A stretch of 33,576 bases of DNA from Bigelowiella natans CCMP2755 (Eukaryota; Protista; Cercozoa): contig ADNK01000978.1 in assembly GCA_000320545.1 (NCBI GenBank), positions 1 to 33,576 of the forward strand. The letters are read 5' to 3'. Each line of letters opens with the position of its first letter. Within the stretch, counting starts at the first letter, position 1. The translations under genes were made by a program, and so were the position numbers. Shown in pieces: positions 21,231 to 33,576 of this stretch. Under the pieces are notes generated by a model, which did no database searches, was not told the origin of the DNA, and saw only the letters and a list, made by a program, of their open reading frames with translations.

Positions 21231-24056
21231 ATGACCCGCTCCCCCGACCAATACAATGGGTTGACTCAGAACCAGTCCGACCCGCGAGCCCAAAAGTAAC
21301 TTAATTCATTATGATCCAAAAAAATAAGTTCCTCCCATTTGCCGCACTTTTTTCGCTCTGGAAGTTTACATTACATATTAATTAACTCTTTCATTAGGAC
21401 GGCTGCAGGCAAACAGATCGGAGATTTGGAAAAACATACTTCAGTTATCGAAAAAGTTGATTCTCACCAGCTCAGTGAAAGTCACGAGTCTGCAGGCCAG
21501 GCTTTGGCACAGAAGCCTAACTCAGATATTGGGCCTGGAAATTGCAAATCGAATGCATCAGAAGATGTTCTAGCCACCAAGAACGGACAATTGACTTCCT
21601 CTAGCGCTGGTTCGTTATCAGTGGAGGTGGTGTCTGATGAAGAAAAAGCAAAAAAGATGGAAGACGCAGGTCATCTTACGGAAACCAACACCGAGACTTC
21701 GAAGGAAGCAGAGAGGATAAAAACGGAGGCGAATAGCAAAGCCCTTGAATGCTGCAGAGTGAAGGCAGATAACGGAGATAGTGGAGAAAGCGACGCGAAG
21801 GGAGAACCGGAACCATCAAAAGCTGAAGGTACGGATGGCCATTCAGGAGTGGAAAGCGATGGAACGAACAGCGGAAGCAAAAGCCAAAATGGAAATAATG
21901 ACTCTAAGCTTCCTGGGGATGACGACTCCGTAGGCGGGCCATACATGCCACGGCCAGTAAAACAAACAAAAGTATCCAAGCGGAAGAAAATCGTATTTAC
22001 ACGGGAACAATTAATGGAATACGAGTCTAAGAGTACAGCAAAACCTAAAGGTTTTCCCTCAGATTTAATGCGAGATATTCAGCTTTCAGAGCCACCGATG
22101 TCTACCTACAAACCGAGCCCAATACGGTCTAGTAGCAGCACTCCATTAAGGTCGGCTGGTCCTTCTCCCTCCAAGTACACCCCCCCTGCTGCTTCTGAAA
22201 GTGGCACTCCCAAATCTAGCAACGTTTCACCTGAGAAGAGCTTCCATCATTCGACACGCCATCAACGGCACAGCCCTCACACAGCTGCTGCAAAGCATGC
22301 TGATGTAACTTTGGTGAGAAGCAAAAATAGATGGCAACCGAACCTTCACATGACGTTAACGCAAAAAGTGAGAGGGTATCTCAACAAGCTCTCCCCTGAG
22401 CAACATGAAGGCTTATTCGAGAAGCTTTACGAGCTTGTCAAGTTAAATTGCAGTTCGACTGAGGACCTCAAAGGCCTCGTAAATGAAATATTTGGCAAAG
22501 CCGTTACAGAGAAGAATTACGCATGGCTATATGCAAAACTGAGCCTGGAGATGGCTGAAAGATGCCCAACATTTCGGTTAGAAAAAAAGATGGATACTGG
22601 TAAGAAGATATCACGTGTAGTGGAGTTCAAAACGATTTTGCTCACACTCTGTCACAAGGAGTTTCAGGGTGTTTCACCTCAAGTTACTAAACTCAAAAAG
22701 AGGATGGAAACAACCAATGACACGGTTATCAAGGAGCTAATGATTGACAAGCTCAAAGAGCGGAGACAAGGGACGGTTCGATTCATGGGGGAGTTGTTCA
22801 AAGTGAGATTGGAGCGTGCCAAAGTCGAGAGGATACTACACATGTGCATCCAAAATCTTCTACGTGATATTCGGAATCCGGATGAAGAAGATATAGTCTG
22901 CCTCGAAGTACTGCTTGAAACTGCCGGCAAGCAGCTTGACGTACACAAAGCTAAGAACTACATGAATCAGTATTTCATGCGGATTTCAAAGATGCAAAAG
23001 AATCCTGGGCTTCCTTTGCGCCTGTCCTTTAAATGTCAAGATCTCATTGATCTTCGTAAAAGAAAATGGTCGTCTCGCCGTGAAACAACCGTTGCTAAAC
23101 CAAGCCAAGAGTCCAGGAATGCGAACAACAATCGTTCTGTAGCCCCTAGCCGTCCGGAGGCAACCCTTGAGCAAATCACTATCCCAAAGCGCGTTGGTAA
23201 CAGATATAGCTCGCTCAATGTAGCCTCTCCTGCAACGTCATCAGTGCAGTTGGTGAGAAAGCCTCCTCAGCGAGCTCCTCAGCCAGCCCCAATTTTGAAG
23301 AAATCGCCTCGCACGGTTAAAAAGGACGTAACCTTCAACCTGAAACCGGACTCTAAAAGCCTGGAAAAAATTGAGAGAGATGTTGTGGCTCTCGTAGAAG
23401 AGTATTATGGTTGTGGCAAGGAAGGCCTAAAGGAGGCTGCTTTATGTATTCAAGATATTAAGTCTCCGGCGCACCACTGGATGGTACGCTTAATAATAGC
23501 GACTAGACAAAAACATTGTTTGTAGGTGAAGTTTATCTAACCGGAGTCGCTTACCTGAAACCTACATTTCTGTATTTCTTTCGTGTCATAAATGATATGT
23601 TTTACCTTTGCAACATTCTGATGATGAGATATATCTCCTGCAGGTTGTGAAACACGCGATTCTACTCAGCCTTGAGAAAAGAGAGCGAGAGCGAAAACTC
23701 ACGATCGAACTTCTTGTGTGGCTCTTCAAATTTAAGAAAGTCCTCACAACGGCTGATTTCCAGAAAGGGTAGTATCAGAGAAAATAACGTGTTATCGAAC
23801 AGTAAAAATACCGGCCATTATATTCTGCGACACCAATGTTTTATGATGCTAAATGTTGCATCATATTGTGCGTCTGTGTGTTCTCGAGTATTAAATCCAA
23901 AAAATTATCAGGCTCAGAGCTATATCCGAAGATCTCGATGATATCAAGATGGATATTCCGTACGCAGGGAAATTTGTTGACTCAATGTGTCAGAGATTCC
24001 TGAAATACAAATGCATCGATCAAGCAACCCTCAATTTGTTTAAATCGCAGAAATAA
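21231..24056 (+). CDS. EIF4G: Eukaryotic translation initiation factor 4G / eIF(iso)4G-like (4E-binding motif + MIF4G + MA3), 4 exons
   Basis: Exons ~21231-21295, 21398-23483, 23644-23768, 23911-24056 in consistent phases. KIVFTREQLM (4E-binding-like); MIF4G QKVRGYLNKLS...IFGKAVTEKNYAWLYAKL...FKTILLTLCHKEF...GTVRFMGELFK...PDEEDIVCLEVLLETAGKQLD...RLSFKCQDLIDLRKRKW; MA3 LVEEYY...EAALCIQDI...VVKHAILLSLEKRERER...DLDDIKMDIPYAGKF. TAA 24054-24056. Exon 1 is tentative. Confidence 0.92.
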
Positions 24057-25092
24057 TTGCACCTCATTTAAATCATGTGCATATAGATCCAAGATAAGTA
24101 TATGCAGATAAATTTATGATATAACAAATATGCGTGCATGTGTGTGTTATTATCAACATTGATACCGGTTATTAACTTTCATAAGTTCCACCTGAAGAAA
24201 CAGGGACTTCCCACAAAATAGGGTTTGCACATGTGAAATCCAAAAATCTGAAGTGTTTGGCATATGTCAATGCCGCAATGTATATGTAGAGAGTCGAGAG
24301 ATTCAAAAACTAAGAGACACAGCTTCTATGGTGAAAAGCCGCATGCGATGCGCAACCTCACCATTATTGCGCATGCACATATGAACATGTTTTATAGTTT
24401 GTCCAGACACATCTCTAGATCTGGACGCAGCTTTTATACTTTGCACAGCTACAATTAATATACATGTAAAATACATTAGGATGACCATTCTAGCATTGAT
24501 ATAGAACGAATTATATTTGTTCATCACATCCGCTAGTCTGTTTCACATACACATCTAGATGTGAGCGCATCGAGGCCTGGCTATCAACGATGCACTGCTA
24601 GACTTTGCGATCTAGGAGATGTGTACGTGTAGCCCAAGCTACTAGCTAGCAGCTAGCTAGCTAGGCATGCATCCGGAATATAGCAGGAAAGGCTAGAGGG
24701 CTACGGCCGTGGTTGTCGTCACCGCCCCCTAGAGACAATAAAAGACAGGCAGTCGATCATCCCGTGCTTCGCATCACTTTCTCTGCTACATAGCTAGATC
24801 TAGAGATGGCCTCGCGATGACAAAGCAGTAGCGTGGCCTACTAAATTTTCTACACATAGACATCATTGCCGCCATTGCTTGCAGGAATCTGTGCGTACAT
24901 GCATGTAGTTTACATGTTTACATGCAAAAACAGATGTTGATTAAAGCGTAGGCAATTCTCGCGCCATGTTAATGTTCTAAATTCATATAGCAGGTGTGTG
25001 CGTGGCATGTAGCCCACATGATAGAGGGAACCCAGCATAGGAGAAGGACAAATAAGTTGCGGGTATCCGAGCGCTGGAGAACAGTATAGCTA

Positions 25093-28000
25093 TTAAGCCT
25101 GTTCATTGAACAACTTCTCAGTTGCTGCTACAGCAGCAGCTGTCGCCATTGACGATACCTCAGAAGATTCTAGTGAGCCTGATGGTTTCTGCTGATCATC
25201 ATCTGTAGCTATATCAGACTCTCCTACTTCGTCCTTCAGGTCCTACATTGTTCAAAGCAGCCAATTTCAAGAAACACATTATCGACGGACGTTCGCTCCA
25301 CAGAGAATGATCATGCCTCGATTATGGACTTCACCTGTTCGACGCCTAGTTCCTGGTTACCGGTATTCTTCGCACCGCCGTTCTTCTGATTCTTTCGAGC
25401 TTCTTGTTCTGCTTTGGCCGTTTTCTTGCCTTGGATAAGCAAAAACAGCATGTTGTGATTCATCAAGCTATCATCTGAATTTGAGAATCAAAATCTGGAA
25501 GAAAGGGAGAGCGGTGGTAGTAGTACCTTTGATAGGGGTGATGATCATCACCATGGTGCGGCCTTGCATGGTTGGCGTATTGGCGGTACCTACAGCGACA
25601 ACATATATAACTCACACATCCCACCCACGCATTTTTCATTTAACGGCAAATATTAATGTAGGAATGGTGAGTGTTATAAATAACTCCCCACCAAGCCCCT
25701 CTAGATCTTCCATGAACTTCTTCATCATGTCCCTCCCCTGGTTCTGGAAGGCCATCTGTGCGTCGAAGGAGGAGGATGGAGATTTGGAGGGAGATAGTTG
25801 TCATCAACAAGAAAAAATAATAACAGAAACAAGTAGATTGAGTCACTGCGAGGTAGGTTTGCACCAGTACAAATGGCATTCGAGGTCATCGTATTGTCGC
25901 AGAGGAATCATCACGGGAGATTCTTGTTGGGACCAGTGAAAAAAAATAGCAGAGAATAGCGCCTTTCTGCATGCATCTTTAGAGACATATAAAATTGCTG
26001 AAAGCCGATGATTTATGTTCCGTAGCTTGTTCGTGCTGAATCCGAAAATCATCGCGATGTATCTCCACTCCCACCCCCTCATTGTCTTTTCCGACAACTC
26101 CTCGTTCTTCCTCTCGGGTTATTCCAACAACAACTAATACTTTTAATACCTCTCGGCCACGAAACTGGCAGGAAAGCTTCACACGATCCCCGCTATCGAG
26201 GAATTGAATAGCTTTCTTCAAACGGACCTGAGATTGAGGAGGAAGAGGAAAGGCGGCGTCACTAAAGCATGGTGATGAACATTCTTTGAATTGTTGTTTT
26301 CATCATCGTGTGCATCTTAACCATAGCTTCCTGTTGAATCGTGTTGTAATATTAAAATACATCTGCATATTTTACCAAGACACCTAGAAATCATCTCTAA
26401 TCTTTGTTTTGCTATTGCACTACAAAGGATGCATCATTTTAAGATAAATACTGTTGAAAATTTGCCGTGTCATCACATCTTATTGGCTGATCCTTTCTCA
26501 CCTGATAGTCGTGCACATCCGTATTCGGCCTCATTTTCAATTCTTTCACATCTACACGTGCAGCACGCTGCTGTTTCGTCTTCTCCTAAGACCGGTGTTT
26601 GGATCACACAAAGTGAGATTCTCATAACAACAGGAACTAGCGATGGAAAAACTAGATAATATACGCACACGCTGTTTGAAATTAGTGGCGCTCGAACAAG
26701 ATATCAACGCTAACACCGTATCACTCTCACAATATCATGGGATGAGTTCATATTCTTTCGGGGTCGTTGGAGATCTTTGTCAAGATTCAAATTATATAAT
26801 TTGTCTTAGAATGTGCGACCTTTTCCGCCCTTTTCTGCTCGTATCGGTACTTATCTAGCTTCATTATTCTAAGCACCGAAACGCGACAAAGTCACGATAA
26901 ATAGAGATGGTATCAGTTTATACGGCCAAAAACATACGCGAGTGCTTTCAATCACGAATAAGCAATCCTTAAGACTATCAAACTATGGCCTTCATCGAAC
27001 ATCAGCAGAACGACTATAAACCTGCACAGAGGTGGCTCCGCGGAAGGATTGATCAGAATTAAATCCATAGCTTTCCCCTTTTTCAGTGGAAAAAGAATAT
27101 AGAGTTATAAACGACCCATGAGGTAACGAATGCTTGCTCTGAAATAACACGCTTGAATCCTACTGCATAACTAAGAAACTACTTAAGATAAATATTTTCC
27201 GTTGTCAATCACGCCATACTGGATTGAAGGCATATCAAAGACTGCTTCCTCTGCCTATTTACTACCATCCTCCCCATTGTTTCAGTGGTGGAGGGAGGAA
27301 GGCACGTGTTTGAGTACCTTGGCTTGCTGGAGGGCCTGAGAAGTTGGCATGACGCCTATCATCTGTTTTGTGTCATCCAAGACCCTAAATACAAATGGTA
27401 TACAACAATGAAGGAGCAAGCAACACGAAATCATCACATTCGGTTCATTCTACGGGGATTGCGTGATGCCCCCCCCTCCAAGAAGCTGTTATCTGGGGTT
27501 GTCTCGATTAATGCTGTCCATACCTCACTTCCTGGGATTTGATCCCTTGGTTTGAAATTATTCCTAATCGAAGGAATTGTTGGTGTTATTGGTTTCTCAA
27601 GGTAGTACAGCAAAAGAGATTGTTCATCATAAAACCATCATTACCATCATCTTCAGGCTTGAAAACTCTACCCTTGCCTCTGCCGCCATATCTGGGAGAA
27701 CCATGAATACAAAATGACGACAGCAAAAATTTCTAACAGGTGATACACTATTTTGATAAAGACATAAATTCAACGAAGTTCTGCAATATAGAAGCCTGAT
27801 AAAGATTACGACATTCTCATGGTTCGTGTTACCTCCTCCCCCCGCCTCCGCGTCTCCCGGCGTGTACGAGCACAAGCGGTCGGGATCTGGACTGTGAAAC
27901 CCCCAAGGGCATATCCCCAACAGATTCGGTAGTTCTAGGTTCTTGCTTCGTCATATGAGGGGCACGAAAGCATCCACTGCGCCGTTGAGACTATATTTTA

Positions 28001-28719
28001 TATTAAAACCGCAGAAGAGCTCATCATCCTGCGATTTGCTGTCAAAGGTTAACCGTGTGAAAAAATAACTTTATGGCTGACCTCGGTGAATCGCGAATGA
28101 TGATGTAACGTTCCCCGTGGAGACATCTGGAAAATGGATAAGTGAGAAACGATGATGTGATTCGTTTCACCAGGGAAATGCACCGACCGTTGACCGGCCC
28201 ATTGTCGCCATGATTCCGGCTTCGACGTTTGCGGATTTAGGCCCTGATGCAAGCATATTCTCATTATTAAAAATATGGACCATCAAGCGGACTATCTATA
28301 CCAAATTAAATGGTGATAGTGTATTCAAAAAAGTGAAGGATGGAAAGTTAAAAATTGCACACCCGAAGAGCAAGCTACCAGTACCCCTCCGGCAAGAAGG
28401 ATGGCAGAGAATAGGAATGCGGATTTGTAAAGACCATTTTGGGCGCCACGTTTTCTAATAATCAGTGTGAAGAATTTCAATTTAAAGAAACTCAGAATGG
28501 AATGTCAGTCCTCCTACACCACAGAACGTCATCGACGACGTATACACGACATCTCTCACTTCGCAGTAAAATGATTTAGACAATGGTTCTTTCCAGTAAA
28601 ACTCTGGGAGATGAATCCACCATAGCTACATCATATCTTTTTAAAAAAAGGAACCCTCCCGTTGCATTTCCCCGGTAATCAACTGCATTCGAACCGTAGT
28701 ACGGGCATGAGTGCCCCAT
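25093..28719 (-). CDS. infC: Nucleus-encoded, bacterial-type translation initiation factor IF-3, probably plastid-targeted; 5' exons tentative
   Basis: Spliced peptide IISNQGIKSQEVR-VLDDTKQMIGVMPTSQALQQAK-GKAMDLILINPSAEPPLCR-IMKLDKYRYEQKRAEK (IF3 N domain), VKELKMRPNTDVHDYQ-VRLKKAIQFLDSGDRVKLSCQFRGRE-MAFQNQGRDMMKKF...PTMQGRTMVMIITPIK (IF3 C domain), then a charged tail to TAA at 25093-25095. An upstream exon at ~28364-28452 encodes hydrophobic AFLFSAILLAGGVLVACSS. Confidence 0.88.
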
Positions 28720-29167
28720 TCGTGTGCGACATCCAAAAGACTGCCGGCAAGTTTTTCTTGATCAAGTGAGGAACTCTCGTGAATCTCGGGATACTATCTT
28801 CCTGCGACAAGACTTACTTTGTGTTTTTTTAATAAATTAAAGGGAGTTTTCACCCCTTTTCTGTCGCCATATTTTTCTTTCAATTATCTTCAAATTATGG
28901 ACTACGACTTCGAAAGACTCGTGTCGCAATCATACACATGTCATACCCGGATAATTCCTTCTCGACCAGGAAAAAAATCAAGCGACTTTCCACAAGAAAT
29001 TTAAAAAATAATTCTAGAACTCGAACCTTTGGAAGGCGGATTTGTGACAGTTCATTTTTTTTCAATTTTACGATATTTCTTGCATCTAATTTTGACCAAA
29101 TATTAATGCATGTCGTCCATCAAAACCCGCGCACACTGTGGTGCACCTTGGTGTCCTCCCCCTCAAC

Positions 29168-30019
29168 ATGCTGCGCCACAGGCCCTCCCGCCTGCTCTTG
29201 GCCGCTGCATTCCTAGGATTCGCCGCATTTTTGGTCGAATTGCTACTGTCACTTGTACAGAATTTAAATTCGGTTGGGGAACGTGGTGACGGGACGTAGA
29301 AGGGGGGGGGGTCTGAGAATCATTGAGGAAAGCGAGAGAATTTGAAGACTGGGAGATTAGGGTGACGGGAGGTCAAGATAGACAAGAAGGATGAAATGCG
29401 GAAGAATCATTTCGAAACAATGTTTGTGCAGGTAATAATTCATGGGACAACGAGGAGGGCTGCACAGGCGCGAGGTAAATCTCTCATATTTCTTATGGCT
29501 TCATGTTGAATTGAGTGCAGCCCATAACACGCTCTCTATGACAGATTTATTCTCGGATTTTCCGCCACCTCCAAGCGGGTGAATCTTAAACTAATAGCAT
29601 AAACGGCAATGACATCTACCGTCGCATTTATTTGACTCAATCCTCTCCCCCTCCCCCCCCCCCCGGCTTGCAAATTCCTGTTTATTGCGGATCAGATGGA
29701 ATACTCCAAGTAATCCACCTCGACCCCACAATGTACCGCCGATCGACTACGGAGTTTCTGATCACATGCTAAAGTAAGTAGAGAAAAACGATCTAAGCGG
29801 GGAGGGGGGTAGCGGGAAAGGAGAAACCGCAAACCGCTATGTCCAATATTCGATTTTAAAAGTTTACTATTACATTCACTGCAGCTCCAGAAACTCTTCC
29901 GGTAGCACTCCGGCGATCAGTTTTTCGTCAACTGGAGGTACAAAGTGTTGAGGACGAGTGGCACCGCCGCTGCCGACGATATCTATCACGCGAATACTGT
30001 GAACACGCATGCATACTCA

Positions 30020-30064
<45 letters not shown>

Positions 30065-30943
30065 CCTCTCTCTCTTCGATCTGGCAAAAGTCTATCTAAT
30101 TGGCGTTAAAATTGTATTTTGGAACTAATGCTGAAAGAACGACTTGAATGAATATGCAGATCCCTCAAAACGCCTGACACACGTCACCGAGGATGTTGTG
30201 CATCAGAGGTTGGTTGCATGCAAGTCACAAACAAAGAGAAGAAAAAGAACCCCTTTCCACATAATCTTCGATGCACTTCTGTGGCCATGTTTACCAATAC
30301 AAAGCAAAAGTAAAGAGAGAATATGAGGAAGATCGAAGTTACAAATCAAGCCATGTACCACCCCAGCTGCGCACATACTCCTTTGTAATGATATATTTAG
30401 GCAAAATATCAGTGCTGCTTTGCGGCTATTCGACCGCTTGCTCCCCGCCCTTGGCTTCGATGACAAAGTCGTTTACTGCGTTTTTGTTCACTGTGCTTTG
30501 ATCGTGATTTCTCTCCATATTCCCTGGTGGTGGGGGTGGTGTGAGGGGTTTTTCGCCTTCTTGCGAAATGGTTGAGGAGACATCGATTTTACAATTAATT
30601 TGTCGTGCTGAGAATGTAACATCTGAGAATATGTATAGTACTTAGTGATATCATGATTTCTGAAACGGGTGTTCTTCGCCTTCTATATCCCCCCTTCCCC
30701 CCCTTCTCCCTCATTGAAATCATGTACTACTACAAGGTTCAGAAATCCTGCTACAAGATAGAGCGAGAGAAGAACCTCGAGATGCTAAAGGCAAGAACAA
30801 TACAATAAATAGAGAAAAGGCCCATACATAAACACCGACATTCTGAATACGTCGAGAAGGATATTCGATCACTCTGTGTGCACATGATATGTTTTATTGC
30901 AAATTGGGAATGTTGTTGCAGGGCAAGATCGTTGTTACACACA

Positions 30944-30998
<55 letters not shown>

Positions 30999-32230
30999 GT
31001 ACACTTACAATGTTAGCACATACGCGCTATAACCACGGTGTCATCGGAATCTCTATACGATGGCTCCATGAGCTTTGCGCGAAGAGAAATAACTTACCCC
31101 TCTCTATCAACGAGTGTGCCATATTATATCATGAGGCATCCGAGACCCACATTGGGGGGTACATCCTTAGGGAAATAAGCAACTTGTTTTTGGACTAATT
31201 GACGTTAAATACACAGAAACACACATTCACATTTTACTTGCAAAAAGTCATAGGGAGAGGGGAGGGGAAAACGACACCTTGTACTAGTCCACGTTCGGGT
31301 GATATCTCCTCTTCTCACACATCAAATTAACAGACGTCACACGCTCGTTTTGGCAAGCTTAAGCAGGAGAAATCAAATATGGAAAAGGAGCTCAGAAAAC
31401 TAAAGGTGCTAATAATGCTGCTGATGCTAGCTCGACTCCTCCTCCTCCTCCTCATTGACCGGTCATTGCATTGAATATCATAATTAGACTATTGAGCGAA
31501 TGCGGGTGAGAGAGGGCGCCAAGCCCTCACCCATATTGAATGAGGCAAAAGTGCTAATTACTGAGGCTATTGATAAGCTCGACGCTGCGATCGATATATC
31601 TGAAGGCGAATTCAAACCGCTATGGCTCGAGGTAGTATTGAAAGAGGAGGAGGAGGAGGGTGCTGCTAGAAATAGAGCAGAAGGAGAAGAAGAAAGAAGA
31701 TCCGCGACAAGCACCAACACCAATTATGATTCAGAAACACGAACCCCCCCTTTTTCAAGAAACTTTGATAACACACACACACGCACACACACACACACGC
31801 GCGCGCACGCATACTGATGGCCTTTGCCCACTACACCACATGTTCCTTTGTTGTGGAAGTGAATAATAGCCTTTCTCTTCTTCTTCTTCTTGTTGTTGTT
31901 CTAGCCGTCTACACAGAATGAGACTGTTGTTATCACCATTTATGACCCCGTTTTACCATTGCTGTTATGCTCCTAATAATGTCGATGTAAGGTGGTGCGA
32001 GAGAACCAAATCATCAAGTCAGAGCAGCGTGCGAAGGACGCCCTCTCCTCCGCGACGAAGATGCTAAATCAGCAGTTCAGCTCAGGCCACATCTTCTTGC
32101 CAGGAGTGTTTGTACAGCTGGTACCCGAGATGCCCTTCCCAGCACAGATGCGGAATAATCCTCATGTGCGAAAGATCTTGCTCAGCTATGTTTTGCCGCT
32201 GGTAACTACTTTTATTACTACTTCTACTTT

Positions 32231-32268
<38 letters not shown>

Positions 32269-32638
32269 ATTGTTTTAAGTGCATGTTTCAATGTACACAT
32301 GTTTCCTTTTTCCTTTTTCCTTCCTCCCCCCCCCTCCATCATATACACTGCAGATCGGGACTGTCGTGTGGAGCTCTTTCCTCCTCAAATACGGCATCGG
32401 GAAGATGTTACTCAGCGACGTTGCTCGTGTTGGAAGCAAGTTGTCATATGGGAGGCAGCAGCCCGGTATGCTCTCACGCCTCCTCACTTCCCCAGCGCTG
32501 ACGAAGATAAAGAATAATGGGGCGCTTAAGATTCTGCGAAATCTTGACCTTTTCATCGTCGTTCGAGTGGTGCGGGGTCTTGTTCTCGGCATGTGAGTCA
32601 ACTATTATCTGATTGCACACCATACGATTCTCCCCCCC

Positions 32639-32685
<47 letters not shown>

Positions 32686-33281
32686 CCTCTTTCGCTACCA
32701 CCGCAACGATAAGCTGATCATGTGGCAGCGTGTGGTAATATATGGCGGGTTTTACTTACTGCGGTGATACTACCACAACTCCTCCTTGAGCAGGTATCAC
32801 TTTCTCGCGCAACGATATGGCGGGCAAACGGCAGCGGAAACGGCGCAAGTTTTAAAGACCTCAGTGTCGCTGCTGAAGAACCTGGATGTGGTCATTCTCG
32901 CACACGCTGCTCTTAGAATGCTATTTGCCTCTGTAGGCGCCTCTTTCGATCAGAACAAACCGCTTGCTCATCTCTCAAACAGGATCATTAGGTGCTGGGG
33001 TCTGGAATCAGGGGGGAGGGGGGGGGTGGGCCTAGGAGGCATTTATCGTGTGAACTGTGTATGAATAATGTTATGTATTTTATTAACCTATCAGCTCAGC
33101 GCTTATTTATTTTAATACAGCACTCAAACAAACAGAAGTATTGTAGAAATCATATCTGAAGAAGTATGCATCATGCTGACGTTTGTCCATCATCGTGTCG
33201 TATCGTATCATATCGTGTGTTGTGCTGTGCTGTGCTGTGTGAGTCAGGCATTCGCCGATATCTGGAAAGACGGCTGTGAAG
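29168..33281 (+). CDS. Unknown multi-exon protein with N-terminal signal peptide, coiled-coil and hydrophobic segments; 3' end not identified in the window
   Basis: MLRHRPSRLLLAAAFLGFAAFLVELLLSLVQNLNS at 29168. Phase-consistent exons RQNISAALRLFDRLLPALGFDDK (~30401), VQKSCYKIEREKNLEMLK (~30737), TSHARFGKLKQEKSNMEKELRKLK (31334), TIERMRVREG...PLWLE, VVRENQIIKSEQ...SYVLPL (31992), IGTVVWSSFLLKYGIG...VRGLVLGM, YHFLAQRYGG...NRIIR, HSPISGKTAVK. No family motif recognised; exon 2 unresolved. Confidence 0.65.
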
Positions 33282-33377
33282 GTCCTGTTCAATTCTTCCG
33301 TTCTTCACAACAACAACAACAACAAGAAAAACCTCATCAACAACAAAGCACGCAACGATGTTTGAGATGGAGAGAGC

Positions 33378-33414
<37 letters not shown>

Positions 33415-33576
33415 GCGTTGATTCTTGATTGTGGATCAACCGAGCGATTTGTTCAAAGAGCAGCCGCCGGCATTCTCTCCTCTTTCGCGCTGTTCCACAA
33501 TGACTCCGCATGAGAAGAGAGAGAAATCAGAGAATTGCAGAGTCGTTTGGTTGTCTTCTGCGACAAGAAACGAATC

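Noticed and set aside
21231-28719. eIF4G plus IF-3 as a functional translation-initiation cluster
   Set aside because: Different compartments and origins, convergent orientation, and no shared element seen; chance adjacency is sufficient.

Overview
Gene-dense, intron-rich nuclear DNA of a flagellated eukaryote with a secondary plastid. A chlorarachniophyte-like alga is inferred from a bipartite signal+transit leader without the diatom ASAFAP motif, plus basal-body genes. Hand-spliced genes in order: last exon of epsilon-tubulin (+), AHI1/jouberin (-), syntaxin-6/SYP61-type Qc-SNARE (+), a ~4.2 kb eroded island with a decayed two-exon orphan gene, a multi-EF-hand protein (-), eIF4G (+), plastid-type IF-3 (-), and an unknown signal-peptide membrane protein (+, probably running off the window). 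Many introns carry microsatellites. The most unusual signal is a localised sequence signature. In all three convergent (tail-to-tail) intergenic intervals, but not in the three divergent ones, TpA survives mainly as CTA/TAG. CTAG, TGCA and CATG accumulate, and Tyr codons of the embedded orphan gene appear converted to Cys/His. This suggests a targeted A:T->G:C hypermutation or base-modification system. Exon boundaries and motif counts were made by eye.
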